In this document: positions 48,475 to 58,589 of the stretch, piece by piece
Layout of the letters: each line of letters opens with the position of its first letter
Position numbering within the stretch: the first letter of the stretch is position 1
Assembly (NCBI GenBank): GCA_963706955.1
Contig: CAVPOC010000013.1
Coordinates: 28,407-92,406 of the forward strand
Direction of reading: 5' to 3'
Length of the DNA stretch: 64,000 nucleotides
From: an uncultured Verrucomicrobiae bacterium
GTDB taxonomy: Bacteria; Verrucomicrobiota; Verrucomicrobiia; Chthoniobacterales; Terrimicrobiaceae
Program-made: the position numbers and the translations under genes
The notes under the pieces: generated by a model
Told to the model about the DNA's origin: nothing
The model's database searches: none
What the model saw: only the letters and a program-made list of their open reading frames with translations

Positions 48475-49566
48475 TCATAATTTCCCAAAATTTGGATGCA
48501 CCCAGTTCGGCAAACAAGTCAACACCGGAGCGATTACGTTCCATGTCTGACGCCGTGCGTCGTCATGCCAGCCAGCACCCTTAGTAGCGGTCTTTACGCG
48601 AAGAAGGAACCGGTGGGCAGTGATGTAGAGGGTGCCGCCGTCATCGCCCCAACAGCAGTTGCTAGTATCCTCGTTTGTGAGAATGGAACCAAGATGCTTG
48701 CCGGCAGGACTGAAAACGAGGACGCCGCCGGGACCGGTAGCCCAGACGTTACCTTGCGCGTCCACTTTCAGTCCGTCGCACGTGCCTCGGCGACCTTGCC
48801 CGCGCAACGGTTTGTCGAATAAGGTGCGGCCGTTAGCCACGGTGCCGTCGGGCTGCACTTCGTAGGCCATAATTCGCGGGTCACCAGGGTCGCTGACGGC
48901 GACGTAGAGGGTCTTCTCGTCAGGAGAGAAGGCAATGCCGTTCGGCCACGTGAGGTCGGAAATCAGCAGGGTTACTTCGCCCTTCGGATTCACGCGATAG
49001 ACGCCGTTATGTGGCAGCTCCTTCAATGGTGATTCGTTGAAATTGGCGAGGCCATACGGGGGGTCGGTGAAGTATACGTCGCCGTTCTTGCGGATTGCTA
49101 GATCGTTGGGGGAGTTGAAGCGCTTGCCATCGAACGTTGCGGCAATGACGGTCTGCGTGCCGTTCTCTTCCAAACGTGCCACACGTCGCTCGCCTTGCTG
49201 GCAGATCAGCAGACGTCCGTCCATATCCACGGCGAGACCGTTTGAGCCGGATTCGCGAAAGCCCGGCGCTGGGTTGAGCAAGCCGCTCGGCTTCATAAAC
49301 ACAGTTGCAACGGTATCGCCGGGCTTCCACTGATAGATGACGTTGTCTGGCACGTCGGAGAAAACGACCGAGCTTTGGAACCACGTCGGACCTTCGCTCC
49401 AGATGAAGCCTTCGGCGAGCTTCTCCAGTTTGGCGTCCCTCGGGACGAGGGTATCAAAAGCAGGGTCTAGACGCTCAATGCCCGTCCCAAATCCCGGGAA
49501 GCTTTCGTCGGCGACAAGCACCAGAAAAAATACAGTGAGAGCAGCGAACGCCAGAAAGCTTCTCAC
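48475..49566 (-). CDS. SMP-30/gluconolactonase family protein, secreted
   Basis: WSEGPTW, GSNGLA, FNSPNDL, YFTDPPYG, PNGIAFSPD and DGLKVD. Confidence 0.92.
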   Translation of the reverse strand: MRSFLAFAALTVFFLVLVADESFPGFGTGIERLDPAFDTLVPRDAKLEKLAEGFIWSEGPTWFQSSVVFSDVPDNVIYQWKPGDTVATVFMKPSGLLNPAPGFRESGSNGLAVDMDGRLLICQQGERRVARLEENGTQTVIAATFDGKRFNSPNDLAIRKNGDVYFTDPPYGLANFNESPLKELPHNGVYRVNPKGEVTLLISDLTWPNGIAFSPDEKTLYVAVSDPGDPRIMAYEVQPDGTVANGRTLFDKPLRGQGRRGTCDGLKVDAQGNVWATGPGGVLVFSPAGKHLGSILTNEDTSNCCWGDDGGTLYITAHRFLLRVKTATKGAGWHDDARRQTWNVIAPVLTCLPNWVHPNFGKL

Positions 49567-50002
49567 GATTGCCTCTCACTTACCAAGAACGCCGCCGGTT
49601 TCCAAGACGGCTCTAACGGAAAACTAGGGAAACGGAAGCATTACCGATGTGCCCCGGTGCCCGTAGAGCAGACCACACTTCGAGTCGCTCGCTATCCCGG
49701 TCGTCGACACGATCTTGAACCAGTGGCGATCCAAGTTGCTGATGAAAAGCGGCGCAAGCCTCAGACCACAAAGTAATCGCGTTTCATACCTGCATCCCTT
49801 GCTTACTGGCCGAGAGGTCTGAGGTGAGAGGTTAGGACATGGTCGACGAAACAGCCGCTTACAATAATGATACGCTATTATTGTGTTCCGAGCCTCCGAG
49901 CGAACTGCAGGGGACAAGTGCTTCGAATCGGTTCTCAAATAGAAAGTGAAGCGCGATGTGAGAAGTGCTGATATTGAGCACTCCTATGGGCATAGGGCGA
50001 AG

Positions 50003-50060
50003 CCTCTGTGCTGGATAAGGATATGTTCGACTACCCGCGCGGAAGCGCTAAGTTTCAGCT
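50003..50060 (+). repeat. Palindromic repeat, partial copy C
   Basis: TGGATAAGGATATGTTCGACTACCCGCGCGGAAGCGCT matches copy A. Confidence 0.8.
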
Positions 50061-50076
50061 CTCGCTGGCGTATGGT

Positions 50077-50568
50077 TTAAGGAGAGTCCAACGAAGAAGC
50101 GGTCACCTTCCAGAACTGCGTCGGGTTGTGCTGTCTTGGCCGTGTCACCACGCGATATTTCATTTCGGGTATTTCGTGGGCATCCATAAACCTACCGCTG
50201 CTCACCTGCATGATCTCGAAGACGTTCCCGCCCTGAGGGGTGAGTTGCCAAAGTTGCGTTTTGTCGGAGGTTTGTCTCTCTCTTGTTACGACGTCGAAAT
50301 CCTTCTCGGCGATCTCGTGTGCATCGATATACCGCGCGTGCTTGCCTGTTCCCTGCTGTACGGCAAACAGTCTGTGAAAGGTGTAGATGCCCGCTCCCTG
50401 GGAGGTTCTGACCCATCTCGGATCATCTCCGGTGGGAGAGGTGGTGCCGCTCGTCACAACGTTCCAGTCGCCGCGGTACTGGCCGACTAGAAAGCGTCCG
50501 CTGCTGACTTGCTTGATAGTCACAATGTCCTGCTGTCGGGTCTCTTCCGATGGTTCGTTCTTGTCCAT
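50077..50568 (-). CDS. Ricin-type beta-trefoil lectin-like protein
   Basis: Three internal repeats I.QVSSGRF / QQGTGKHARYIDAHE / QVSSGRFMDAHE, with TQLW and TQFW. Confidence 0.7.
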   Translation of the reverse strand: MDKNEPSEETRQQDIVTIKQVSSGRFLVGQYRGDWNVVTSGTTSPTGDDPRWVRTSQGAGIYTFHRLFAVQQGTGKHARYIDAHEIAEKDFDVVTRERQTSDKTQLWQLTPQGGNVFEIMQVSSGRFMDAHEIPEMKYRVVTRPRQHNPTQFWKVTASSLDSP

Positions 50569-50648
50569 GTTGGGGAAGATCGGTTTATTTGGATCCTAAA
50601 TGGGATCGTTTCGTAACGCCAGGAAAAAGGCGTTCAGATCGCAGAGAG

Positions 50649-50746
50649 GAAAGTGGTTATCTCTATGCTGGATGAGAACTTTGCCGTGGCGAATACCCGC
50701 GCGATAGCGCTTAGTTTGAGCGCGGCCAAGATGTAGAGCCCGACTT
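50649..50746 (+). repeat. Palindromic repeat, copy D
   Basis: GGATGAGAACTTTGCCGTGGCGAATACCCGCGCGATAGCGC...GCCAAGATGTAGAGCCCGACTT. Confidence 0.85.
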
Positions 50747-50955
50747 TTTTTAGTCAAACGATAAAGTCTTGCCTATGGTCTTCGCGAAGTGGCTGCGGCA
50801 GCTTGTTTAGCTTCGGAAAAGCGCTTTGCTATCGACGCTAGGGTGGCGCTCAGATACGACATGAGCACCTCAAAGCTCATGAACGCTTTCAAACACAAGG
50901 CAAGATAAGATGTGGGCGTGAAAGGGGAGAACCGTTAGAGATTGAGAGCACCTGC

Positions 50956-53184
50956 ATGAAGACAGCCGTTCACTCGTCTAAGGCTAAGAATGGCGAGCCG
51001 ATCATGAAGTCCTCGGAAAAGGAGACGGAGCGACCAGCCCGCTTCGGGCCGTATGATGCAATGCTTGGCATCCAGCGCGCAATTGGCAACCAGGCGTTTG
51101 CCAAACTATTGGCATCGGCGGCGAACTCTTCTCAAACAATGCCAAGCCTCCCCCGTCAGCGGAACAGCGCGAAGCAAACGTCCGGCGTGATCCTTCAGCG
51201 CAAGTGCGCGTGTGGCGGAACACCTGGGCCCGCGGGTGAATGCGAGGAGTGTCGGAGGAAGAGGCTGCAGCGCAAGCTCTCGATCGGATTAAGCAACGAT
51301 CCTCTCGAATCGGAGGCGGATAGATTGGCGGAGCAGGCGCTCGCGGGTCATCGGCGTTCGAACGTGACCCCGGCACGTAATCACGTTCAGCGTGCTTCGG
51401 GGCCCCTCGATGAGATCGATGCTTCTGAGGCAGGCGTCGAACAGATTCTTGCCAGCTCCGGCTCGGAGCTGGAACCGCCGGTGAAGAATGACATGGAACG
51501 TCGCTTCGGCCATGACTTTTCCAGGGTGCGAGTCCATGCGGACGGCAAAGCATCCGAGTCGGCTCGAAAACTTAGCGCGCTGGCTTACACCGCAGGCCAT
51601 CACATCGTTTTTGCAGCTGGTCGATATGACCCCCGTCATAGCGAGGGCAAGCGGCTTCTCTCGCACGAACTCGTGCACGTAATGCAGCAGCAAGGCAGCA
51701 ACCGCGGGATTGTTCAGCGCGACATCAATCCTGCCTGCGCACCAATCTTGGCCCGAAACAAGGGCGACCAGGTCTGTAAAGAGCCACCTTCGGCCACCAA
51801 AGTTGGCAATGCGGCGCACAGACGCATTCAGGCGGGGTTCGTCCGTCCCCCGGACAACTTGGTTGAGTTGCCCATTCCGGGCGCGGGAAACGTCTGCTCA
51901 GAAAGCAGGTTCGAGCCGGAGTTTTCGCGCGGAAAGGCCGACTTGGTTAGAGTTGTGAGCCGGGAGAAGGCTGTCCAAGTCGAGCTTGGTGAAATCAAAC
52001 CCTTGAACAACTCGGGTCTAAGCTTAGGACCGAGCCAGCTTGCGTGCTATCAACGTCATCTGACTGATGTAGGCACACTGTGCAAGTCGATGACTCCTGA
52101 AGGAGCGGAAAAGGCGAAGAAGCATCCGACTGACAAGCTTGCCGCCGAAATGTGCTTGCGCCTAGGCGCGGTGGGCAAGTCAGTGAAGGCGACTAAGGAG
52201 GGCGTGTTCGTGCCTGCTCAACGCTTCGAGTTATTCGGACGGCAAATGGTGGCGCTCACCTGTTTCCCTGGAGTAGTCGGTTACTCCTGTTTAGATCCTG
52301 AACAGGAGTCGCGGCCGGATCCGAAAGATGCTGCCGGCCTCGCAATCGCCGGTCCAGGGGGCGCAGCAGCCGCTGGATTCGTCGTCGGTTTTCTGGCTGG
52401 GGCCAAGCGCACGATCCCCGAGGAGACCTGGACCAAACTGTATGAAACCTTGAGCCAACCTTTGAACCAGGGGAAGTTTCAAGCTGGGCTGCTGGTGGGC
52501 CGTCCGTTGGGAATGGTCGCCAGTTTGGAAGACCTCCTCAAAGGATTGGCCGAACTGTTGAAGCTGGGCCTTGAGTTCAGTGCGGTCGGTGTGGTCGGGA
52601 CGGAACTCTATGCGCGCTTTAAGGGCGAGGAATCGCCTACCTTGCGTCGAGCTCGCATGGCCAAAGACCTAGCCCAAGGGCTCCCTCAGTTCGTCGAGGA
52701 AGTAAAAAAGAATCCAGGCCTGTTCTTCGATACAGGAGAAGACATTGGTAACCTGTGCGGGGAGGAAGCTGGCCGAAGATTTCTGAAGGAGTTTGTTTCC
52801 GCGGATCCTTTTGTCATGGGAATGATTGTCGGCAAGGTGCAAGGATATCTGGCTGTCGAGATCGCCATGTTGCTGGTCGGAGCAGAGGAGATCACGGCGG
52901 TTGGCAAAGGGATATCAGCTGCCGCCAGAACGGCCAAGGCCAGCCGATTCGGAGCCAAGATCCTGGAGGTCCTGGACAAGATTCCCGCGTTGAAGCGGCT
53001 TCTGGATGCCCTCCGCGGAGCGAAACGGGTGCGAGTCGCCGCGGAGTTGACAGAGGCTACGGCGGCTAGCGACGCCTTGAAAGCGCGAGACGCAGCCAAG
53101 GCAGCGGACAGAGCCCGCGCGTTGGAAGCTTTGGAGCATCCAATCGAGGAAGAGCAAGCAGCCAAGAAGGTGATGCGACGGTAG
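50956..53184 (+). CDS. DUF4157 (eCIS core-like) protein with a putative nuclease-fold domain
   Basis: QRAIGNQA, LQRKCACGG, DPLESEAD, MERRFGHDFSRVRVH, ALAYT.G, LLSHELVHVMQQ, then GNAAH..IQ, KADLV and GEIKP. Confidence 0.88.
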   Translation: MKTAVHSSKAKNGEPIMKSSEKETERPARFGPYDAMLGIQRAIGNQAFAKLLASAANSSQTMPSLPRQRNSAKQTSGVILQRKCACGGTPGPAGECEECRRKRLQRKLSIGLSNDPLESEADRLAEQALAGHRRSNVTPARNHVQRASGPLDEIDASEAGVEQILASSGSELEPPVKNDMERRFGHDFSRVRVHADGKASESARKLSALAYTAGHHIVFAAGRYDPRHSEGKRLLSHELVHVMQQQGSNRGIVQRDINPACAPILARNKGDQVCKEPPSATKVGNAAHRRIQAGFVRPPDNLVELPIPGAGNVCSESRFEPEFSRGKADLVRVVSREKAVQVELGEIKPLNNSGLSLGPSQLACYQRHLTDVGTLCKSMTPEGAEKAKKHPTDKLAAEMCLRLGAVGKSVKATKEGVFVPAQRFELFGRQMVALTCFPGVVGYSCLDPEQESRPDPKDAAGLAIAGPGGAAAAGFVVGFLAGAKRTIPEETWTKLYETLSQPLNQGKFQAGLLVGRPLGMVASLEDLLKGLAELLKLGLEFSAVGVVGTELYARFKGEESPTLRRARMAKDLAQGLPQFVEEVKKNPGLFFDTGEDIGNLCGEEAGRRFLKEFVSADPFVMGMIVGKVQGYLAVEIAMLLVGAEEITAVGKGISAAARTAKASRFGAKILEVLDKIPALKRLLDALRGAKRVRVAAELTEATAASDALKARDAAKAADRARALEALEHPIEEEQAAKKVMRR

Positions 53185-53201
53185 CAGCAGCTCTCAGTTG
53201 A

Positions 53202-53290
53202 GGTGCATAAGAATTCGCCGCGGCAAATTCGACTACCGGCGCGGTAGGGTGAGCGCAACCAAGGTGTAGAGCACGACCTTGTCGGAATGA
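53202..53290 (+). repeat. Palindromic repeat, diverged copy E
   Basis: GCATAAGAATTCGCCGCGGCAAATTCGACTACCGGCGC...CCAAGGTGTAGAGCACGACCTTGTCGG. Confidence 0.8.
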
Positions 53291-53334
53291 TTTTGTTCTC
53301 GTCTCAACGAACAAGCCAAAGATACAGCTAGCCG

Positions 53335-54783
53335 GTGAAAGTTACGACACGATCCTTCCTCCCGCGGACGCTTGTCTTTGGTTTCGTTGCCGCCATCTGT
53401 CTGCAGGCCAGCCAAGCTATCAACTCTGAACCGGTGACGCCGGAAGAGGCTCACGCCATCGGCATGGATGCCTATCTCTATTTTTACTCCGTCCTCTCGA
53501 TGGATGTGACCCGCAAGCAGTTCACGAACATCGAGGCCGGCAAGGAGCCTGGCAAGGGACCGATGAACAGCGTCTCGAACATCCCGGAGTATCCGCCTGC
53601 CGATTTCAAGGGTGTCGTCCGCCCCAACTTCGACACGCTGTATTCCAGCATCTGGCTTGACCTAATCGAAGAGCCGGTGGTCGTCTCGGTGCCTGATACC
53701 GAAGGTCGCTATTACCTCTTCCCGATGCTGGATATGTGGTCAGACGTCTTCGCGTCGCCGGGCTGGCGCACGACCGGGACCGAAGCGGCAAATTATCTCG
53801 TCACTCCGCCGGGCTGGACAGGTGCCGTGCCGGATGGCTTGGAGCAAATCAAGGCGCCGACGCCATACGTTTGGATCATCGGCCGCACGAAGACCGACGG
53901 TCCAGCGGACTACGAAGCGGTCCACAAGATTCAGGCCGGCTACAAGGTCTCGCCTCTGTCGCGCTTCGGCAAACCCGCGGAACCTTTGACAGTGAAGATT
54001 GATCCGACCGTCGATATGAAGACGCCGCCAAAGATCCAAGTGGATACGATGCCGGCGGACAAATACTTCAGCTATGCCGCGGAGTTGCTAAAGACGATCC
54101 CACCGCATATCACCGACGAGCCGATCCTCGCCCGCATGAAGAAGATCGGCATCGAACCCGGAAAGAGCTTCGACGTTTCCAAGCTCGATCCGGCCATCCA
54201 AAAAGCGCTGGCTAGCGTGCCGGCGGAAGCGCAGGCACTCATGAAATGGAAAGTTCCTACGCTCGCCCGCGTGGTGAATTACTGGTCTCTGAACACCGAC
54301 ACGATGGGGGTCTATGGCAACTACTATCTCAAGCGCGCCATTATCGCTCAACTCGGGCTTGGCGCCAACCTACCCGAAGATGCGATCTATCCGTTGAACC
54401 TCGGGGACGAGGCTGGCAAGCCGCTGGATGGCGCTGCAAGCCAGTTTAAAATTCACTTTGCTAAGGAGAACCTTCCGCCAGTGGATGCTTTCTGGTCTAT
54501 CACTCTCTATGATAACGAAGGATTCCAGGTGGCCAACGAGCTCAATCGTTTCGCCGTCAGCAGTTGGATGCCGTTCAAGTTCAATTCAGACGGCTCGCTA
54601 GACCTCTACTTCCAAAACGAAAGCCCTGGCCAAGACAAGGAAGCCAACTGGCTGCCGGCGCCGAAGGGGCCGTTCAATCTGACCATGCGCCTCTACGCCC
54701 CGAAGTCGGCAGCGCTGACCGGCAAATGGAGTCCGCCGCCGGTGGTGAAAGCAACGGGTCTTCCCGACGCCTTGCCTGAGTAA
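53335..54783 (+). CDS. DUF1254/DUF1214 periplasmic protein
   Basis: VVRPNFDTLYS, LDMWSDVFASPG.RTTGT, GLGANLPEDAIYP, AFWSITLY, NWLPAP and MRLYAP. Confidence 0.9.
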   Translation: MKVTTRSFLPRTLVFGFVAAICLQASQAINSEPVTPEEAHAIGMDAYLYFYSVLSMDVTRKQFTNIEAGKEPGKGPMNSVSNIPEYPPADFKGVVRPNFDTLYSSIWLDLIEEPVVVSVPDTEGRYYLFPMLDMWSDVFASPGWRTTGTEAANYLVTPPGWTGAVPDGLEQIKAPTPYVWIIGRTKTDGPADYEAVHKIQAGYKVSPLSRFGKPAEPLTVKIDPTVDMKTPPKIQVDTMPADKYFSYAAELLKTIPPHITDEPILARMKKIGIEPGKSFDVSKLDPAIQKALASVPAEAQALMKWKVPTLARVVNYWSLNTDTMGVYGNYYLKRAIIAQLGLGANLPEDAIYPLNLGDEAGKPLDGAASQFKIHFAKENLPPVDAFWSITLYDNEGFQVANELNRFAVSSWMPFKFNSDGSLDLYFQNESPGQDKEANWLPAPKGPFNLTMRLYAPKSAALTGKWSPPPVVKATGLPDALPE

Positions 54784-54875
54784 GAGAAGTCTTATTGAGC
54801 CATGCGGGAGCGCCATTTCGCGGCGCAGCCAAGATGGAGAGCCCCCATTAGTCGGCGACTCATGCAATCCCGGAG

Positions 54876-55805
54876 TTACGACACGACGTTCTTGGGGGTG
54901 CCGGTGAGAAAGGCGCGCACATTGTCGACAACCGCATCCATCAATCGCGAGCGCGCGGCACGCGTTGCCCAGGCAATGTGCGGAGTGACAAAGCAATTTT
55001 TCGCCTGCAGCAGCGGATTATCGGCTGAGGGTGGTTCCACGGCGAGGACATCCAGCCCCGCTCCGGCAATGCGGCCCTCATTCAATGCTTTCGCAAGAGC
55101 AGGCTCGTCGATCAACGGACCCCGACTCGTGTTGAGCAGAAGCGCGGTCGGCTTCATCCAGGCAAGTCGCTCCTCATTTATCAGGTGTTTGGTTTCTGGC
55201 GTGAGCGGACAATGCAGACTGATGACGTCGCTTTGGCGAAAGAGTTTTTCCATCTCCTCGGCGGGGTGCTTGCGGGAATATGTCAGGACCTTCATTCCGA
55301 ATGCTTCGGCAAGCTTGCCGACCATCTGGCCGATTTTTCCGAAACCGACGATCCCGATAGTCAGGCCATCCAACTCGACTAGCGGATAGTCCCAATAACA
55401 GAAATCGGGCGAACGATTCCATCGCCCTTCGCGCACGGTGTCCGCGTGATGGCCGACATGCTGCGTAAGTTCCAGCAGCAACGCGAAAGTCATTTGTGCC
55501 ACCGACGGCGTTCCATAGGTCGGCACATTCGTGACGGTTACCTTCCGCTCCCGGGCAGCTGCGACGTCAACGACGTTGTAACCCGTCGCCATGACTCCAA
55601 TGTACTGCAAGGCCGGGACCGATGACATATATTTCCCGTCCAGTTTGACCTTGTTGGTGAGAACGATTTCGGCCGAGGCGGACCGCGGAACAATTTCATC
55701 CGGAGCGGTGCGGTCGTAGATCTCACATGACCCCAGTTCCCGCAGCGCGTCCCAGCTGAGATCGCCAGGATTGAGTGTATAGCCGTCCAGGACGACGATA
55801 TTCAT
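54876..55805 (-). CDS. D-2-hydroxyacid dehydrogenase (glycerate dehydrogenase/hydroxypyruvate reductase-like)
   Basis: IVVLDGYTLNPGDLSW, GFGKIG, SLHCPL, NTSRG and TPHIAW. Start placed at ATG 55805. Confidence 0.92.
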   Translation of the reverse strand: MNIVVLDGYTLNPGDLSWDALRELGSCEIYDRTAPDEIVPRSASAEIVLTNKVKLDGKYMSSVPALQYIGVMATGYNVVDVAAARERKVTVTNVPTYGTPSVAQMTFALLLELTQHVGHHADTVREGRWNRSPDFCYWDYPLVELDGLTIGIVGFGKIGQMVGKLAEAFGMKVLTYSRKHPAEEMEKLFRQSDVISLHCPLTPETKHLINEERLAWMKPTALLLNTSRGPLIDEPALAKALNEGRIAGAGLDVLAVEPPSADNPLLQAKNCFVTPHIAWATRAARSRLMDAVVDNVRAFLTGTPKNVVS

Positions 55806-55806
55806 C

Positions 55807-56601
55807 TTAATATTTAGCAATCGGCCCCTCGCCGCCGATACCTATGTCGCGCAAAACTTCCTGCGCTTTGCTGAGCATAAACCCGGCTTCGCTGGCCACC
55901 GCAATGAACTGAAAGCCATCGGCGATGCGCTTACGCGCGCCGGCCGCATCGAGCGTATGCATGCCTCCGGCGACACCATGCTTCTGCGCGGTTATCAACA
56001 CATGCTGCACCGCATCGACAAACGCCTTGTGCTCGCTGTCGAACGCTGGAGGTTTTCCCATCGAATTGAGCAAGTCGTTTGGCCCAATAAAGACGGCGTC
56101 GATGCCGGGAACACTCAGGATTTCATCCGCGGCCTCGACAGCCTCCACGTGCTCGATCATAACCACAACAAGAATCTCTTCATCCGCTTTGGCATAATAG
56201 GTTGCAGGGTCAGTCTCGAAGTTCGCCGCGTGGAGCTGCCCACCGATGGAGCGCTTGCCCAATGGCTGATAGCGCGCCGCATTGACGACCGCTTCGGCTT
56301 CACTACGCGAATTTACCATCGGGACCACAATCCCGAACGCGCCGTTATCCAGCACGCGCTTGATGTTTTCGACGGTATTCCATGGCACTCGGGCGAGCGG
56401 AATCACACCACTGGCGGCGATGATGGCAAAGCTGTTCGCCGCAGTCTCCCAATTGATCGGCGTATGTTCGAACTCCACCGTCAACCAATCGAATCCGACC
56501 CGCGCCATTAAGCGGGCGGCGACAACGTCGGGCAGAGTCAGCCAGGTGCCAATGCTCGGCTGGCCTTGTTTCAACTTGGCGCGGACGTGGTTTTTTTTCA
56601 T
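55807..56601 (-). CDS. HpcH/HpaI aldolase family protein
   Basis: GFDWL..EFEH, ARVP, KRVLD.GA.GIVVPMV, MIEH and FIGPNDL. Confidence 0.92.
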   Translation of the reverse strand: MKKNHVRAKLKQGQPSIGTWLTLPDVVAARLMARVGFDWLTVEFEHTPINWETAANSFAIIAASGVIPLARVPWNTVENIKRVLDNGAFGIVVPMVNSRSEAEAVVNAARYQPLGKRSIGGQLHAANFETDPATYYAKADEEILVVVMIEHVEAVEAADEILSVPGIDAVFIGPNDLLNSMGKPPAFDSEHKAFVDAVQHVLITAQKHGVAGGMHTLDAAGARKRIADGFQFIAVASEAGFMLSKAQEVLRDIGIGGEGPIAKY

Positions 56602-57599
56602 TTAATTGCGGTTCGCAAATCAGGGGAACTGAACACCTCTGGATTGACGACAAATTCCGGTCTGCGGCCGTGCTGGAGATCCACAATTGCCTGCGCCGCA
56701 CATAGACTCACGCGTTCGCCGGTTCCGCGCGCGAGCGAAGCCAGATGAGGCGTGAGTAGGACATTCGGGGCCTTCCGGAGCGGATGTTCTGCCGGCAACG
56801 GTTCGACGAGAAAGGCATCCAATGCCGCTCCGGCGATCCAATTCTCATGCAACGCCTGAAGCAGGGCCGCTTCGTCGATCAAAGCGCCGCGCGCGGTATT
56901 GATGATGTAAGCGGTCGACTTCATCTTCCGCAACTCTCCTCCGCCGATCAGTCCACCATTCTGCGCAGTCAACGCCGCATGCAGCGAAATGAAGTCCGAC
57001 TTTGCGAGCAACTCGTCCATCGAGACAAATTGCACCCCCAGTCTCTCCGCCTCCGCATTCACGCAAACATCATAACTGAGAACGCGCATGCTGAACCCGG
57101 ACGCACGTCGCGCCATCGCCGAGCCGATCCGTCCGCAGCCAATAATTCCCAGCGTTTTGCCATGCACATCTGAGCCCCAAGGCGTCTTCCATTCGCCCTG
57201 GCTCATCTCAAGGTGACCGAGGTAAATTCTCCGCGCTACGGCGAGCAACAAGCCGAACGCAAAATCCGCGACCGCCTCGTTCAACAGGCCCGGCGTGTAA
57301 GCCACCACGATTCCGTGTCGAGTCGCAGCCGGAACGTCGATGGCGTCGTAGCCGACGCCCCAACGCGAAATCACCTTCAAGTCCCGCGCCTCCTTGGATC
57401 CTAGCACGTGGCCCTGAAAACGATCTATGTCCGCGAGGACTGCATCCGCGCGCTCTAAGAGCGGGATGAGTGTCTCCGGGCGATGCGGCCCGTGCGTTGG
57501 CGGAATGATCAACTCACACCCACTGCCCTCCAGTAGCTCCAGCGCACCGGCCCCCACTTCATCCAGCGTCCGCGCCGTAATCAACACACGCCACGACAT
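56598..57599 (-). CDS. D-2-hydroxyacid (phosphoglycerate-like) dehydrogenase
   Basis: RWGVGYD, GCGRIG, INTARG, AALDAF..EP and TPHLAS. Confidence 0.9.
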   Translation of the reverse strand: MSWRVLITARTLDEVGAGALELLEGSGCELIIPPTHGPHRPETLIPLLERADAVLADIDRFQGHVLGSKEARDLKVISRWGVGYDAIDVPAATRHGIVVAYTPGLLNEAVADFAFGLLLAVARRIYLGHLEMSQGEWKTPWGSDVHGKTLGIIGCGRIGSAMARRASGFSMRVLSYDVCVNAEAERLGVQFVSMDELLAKSDFISLHAALTAQNGGLIGGGELRKMKSTAYIINTARGALIDEAALLQALHENWIAGAALDAFLVEPLPAEHPLRKAPNVLLTPHLASLARGTGERVSLCAAQAIVDLQHGRRPEFVVNPEVFSSPDLRTAIK

Positions 57600-58436
57600 G
57601 GTGCCAGTTTAACAACGCCCACCGTCACGGCAATGACCGAGCGATTGACCCCGATTGAATAGAAAGGATTAAACGATTCCCGTTGCATGATTCGCTGAAC
57701 CCCTTCGTTATGCGTCGTGAAGGCAGCGGCGAGACTACTACAGGGGTAACTTGGCAAGAAGGCTCGCAAGATTAGCTTTGGTCGCATCGTCGAAGTCACT
57801 TGTGCGGCACGGACAATTCTAAAGGCAGCTGTTTGACAAGTGACCTTCGCTCCACAAAAGGAGGAGGGCCTTCACGTGACATGGAAACGGTCGTTGTGGG
57901 CGCTTGGCTGTTTTCCCGCGGCGGGAAATCTCGTCTTCGCAGGAACGGTGCCGTCAAACGAGTTTGGTCGCGGAATCGCGAAGAGCTGGTTTGGCGCAAC
58001 TAAGAGATGGAGCCCAGATTAGTGAGATAATCCAGCCATATCTACTGGTTAAACTACTAACAATGAAGGATCTACGTGGGTTTTTCCTATTTAATCGGAT
58101 TTTGTATTTCAGTATCCTGGAGGCATGATTAGGCCAAAGGGTTTCAACAAATTGTCCACTGCTTTTAAGAGTCGCGATGAGCAAGTGCACAATTCCGGCC
58201 CGCTGTATAAGGGAGGAGTTGGCCCTCATGGTCAACCTCGGTCTGTAAGCCTTTCCGGCGTGCATGAGGCGCCGCCTTGACCCGCGAAGCCCTTCTGGGG
58301 GGGCCAGTCCACCGGTGAGTATCGGGGAAATTCTCGATCAGAGGGAGACAACACCGAGAGGAGCACAGCCCCGACTAAGAATGCATAAAGATCGGGTACC
58401 TAGCATGGATGAGACCGTCGTATGTCGCTCGGTTAT

Positions 58437-58589
58437 TTACTGAATGCGACCTTCCTGATCTCTGACCCAGAGCTCCTGATATTTGTCTTCGCGCGCCTCC
58501 TGAACAGGAGTTATCTGGTCATTCTTGTTGGCACAGCCAATGATCAGCAAACAGCCAAGGAGTGCAAACGCGGCGGACGGTAGCTTCAT
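58437..58589 (-). CDS. Small putative lipoprotein (50 aa)
   Basis: MKLPSAAFALLGCLLIIGC-ANKNDQITPVQEAREDKYQELWVRDQEGRIQ, with lipobox IIGC. Confidence 0.55.
   Translation of the reverse strand: MKLPSAAFALLGCLLIIGCANKNDQITPVQEAREDKYQELWVRDQEGRIQ

Noticed and set aside
42939..53290. CRISPR array
   Set aside because: The repeats are 60-140 bp, diverged, and 0.6-5 kb apart with genes between them. No cas genes are present.
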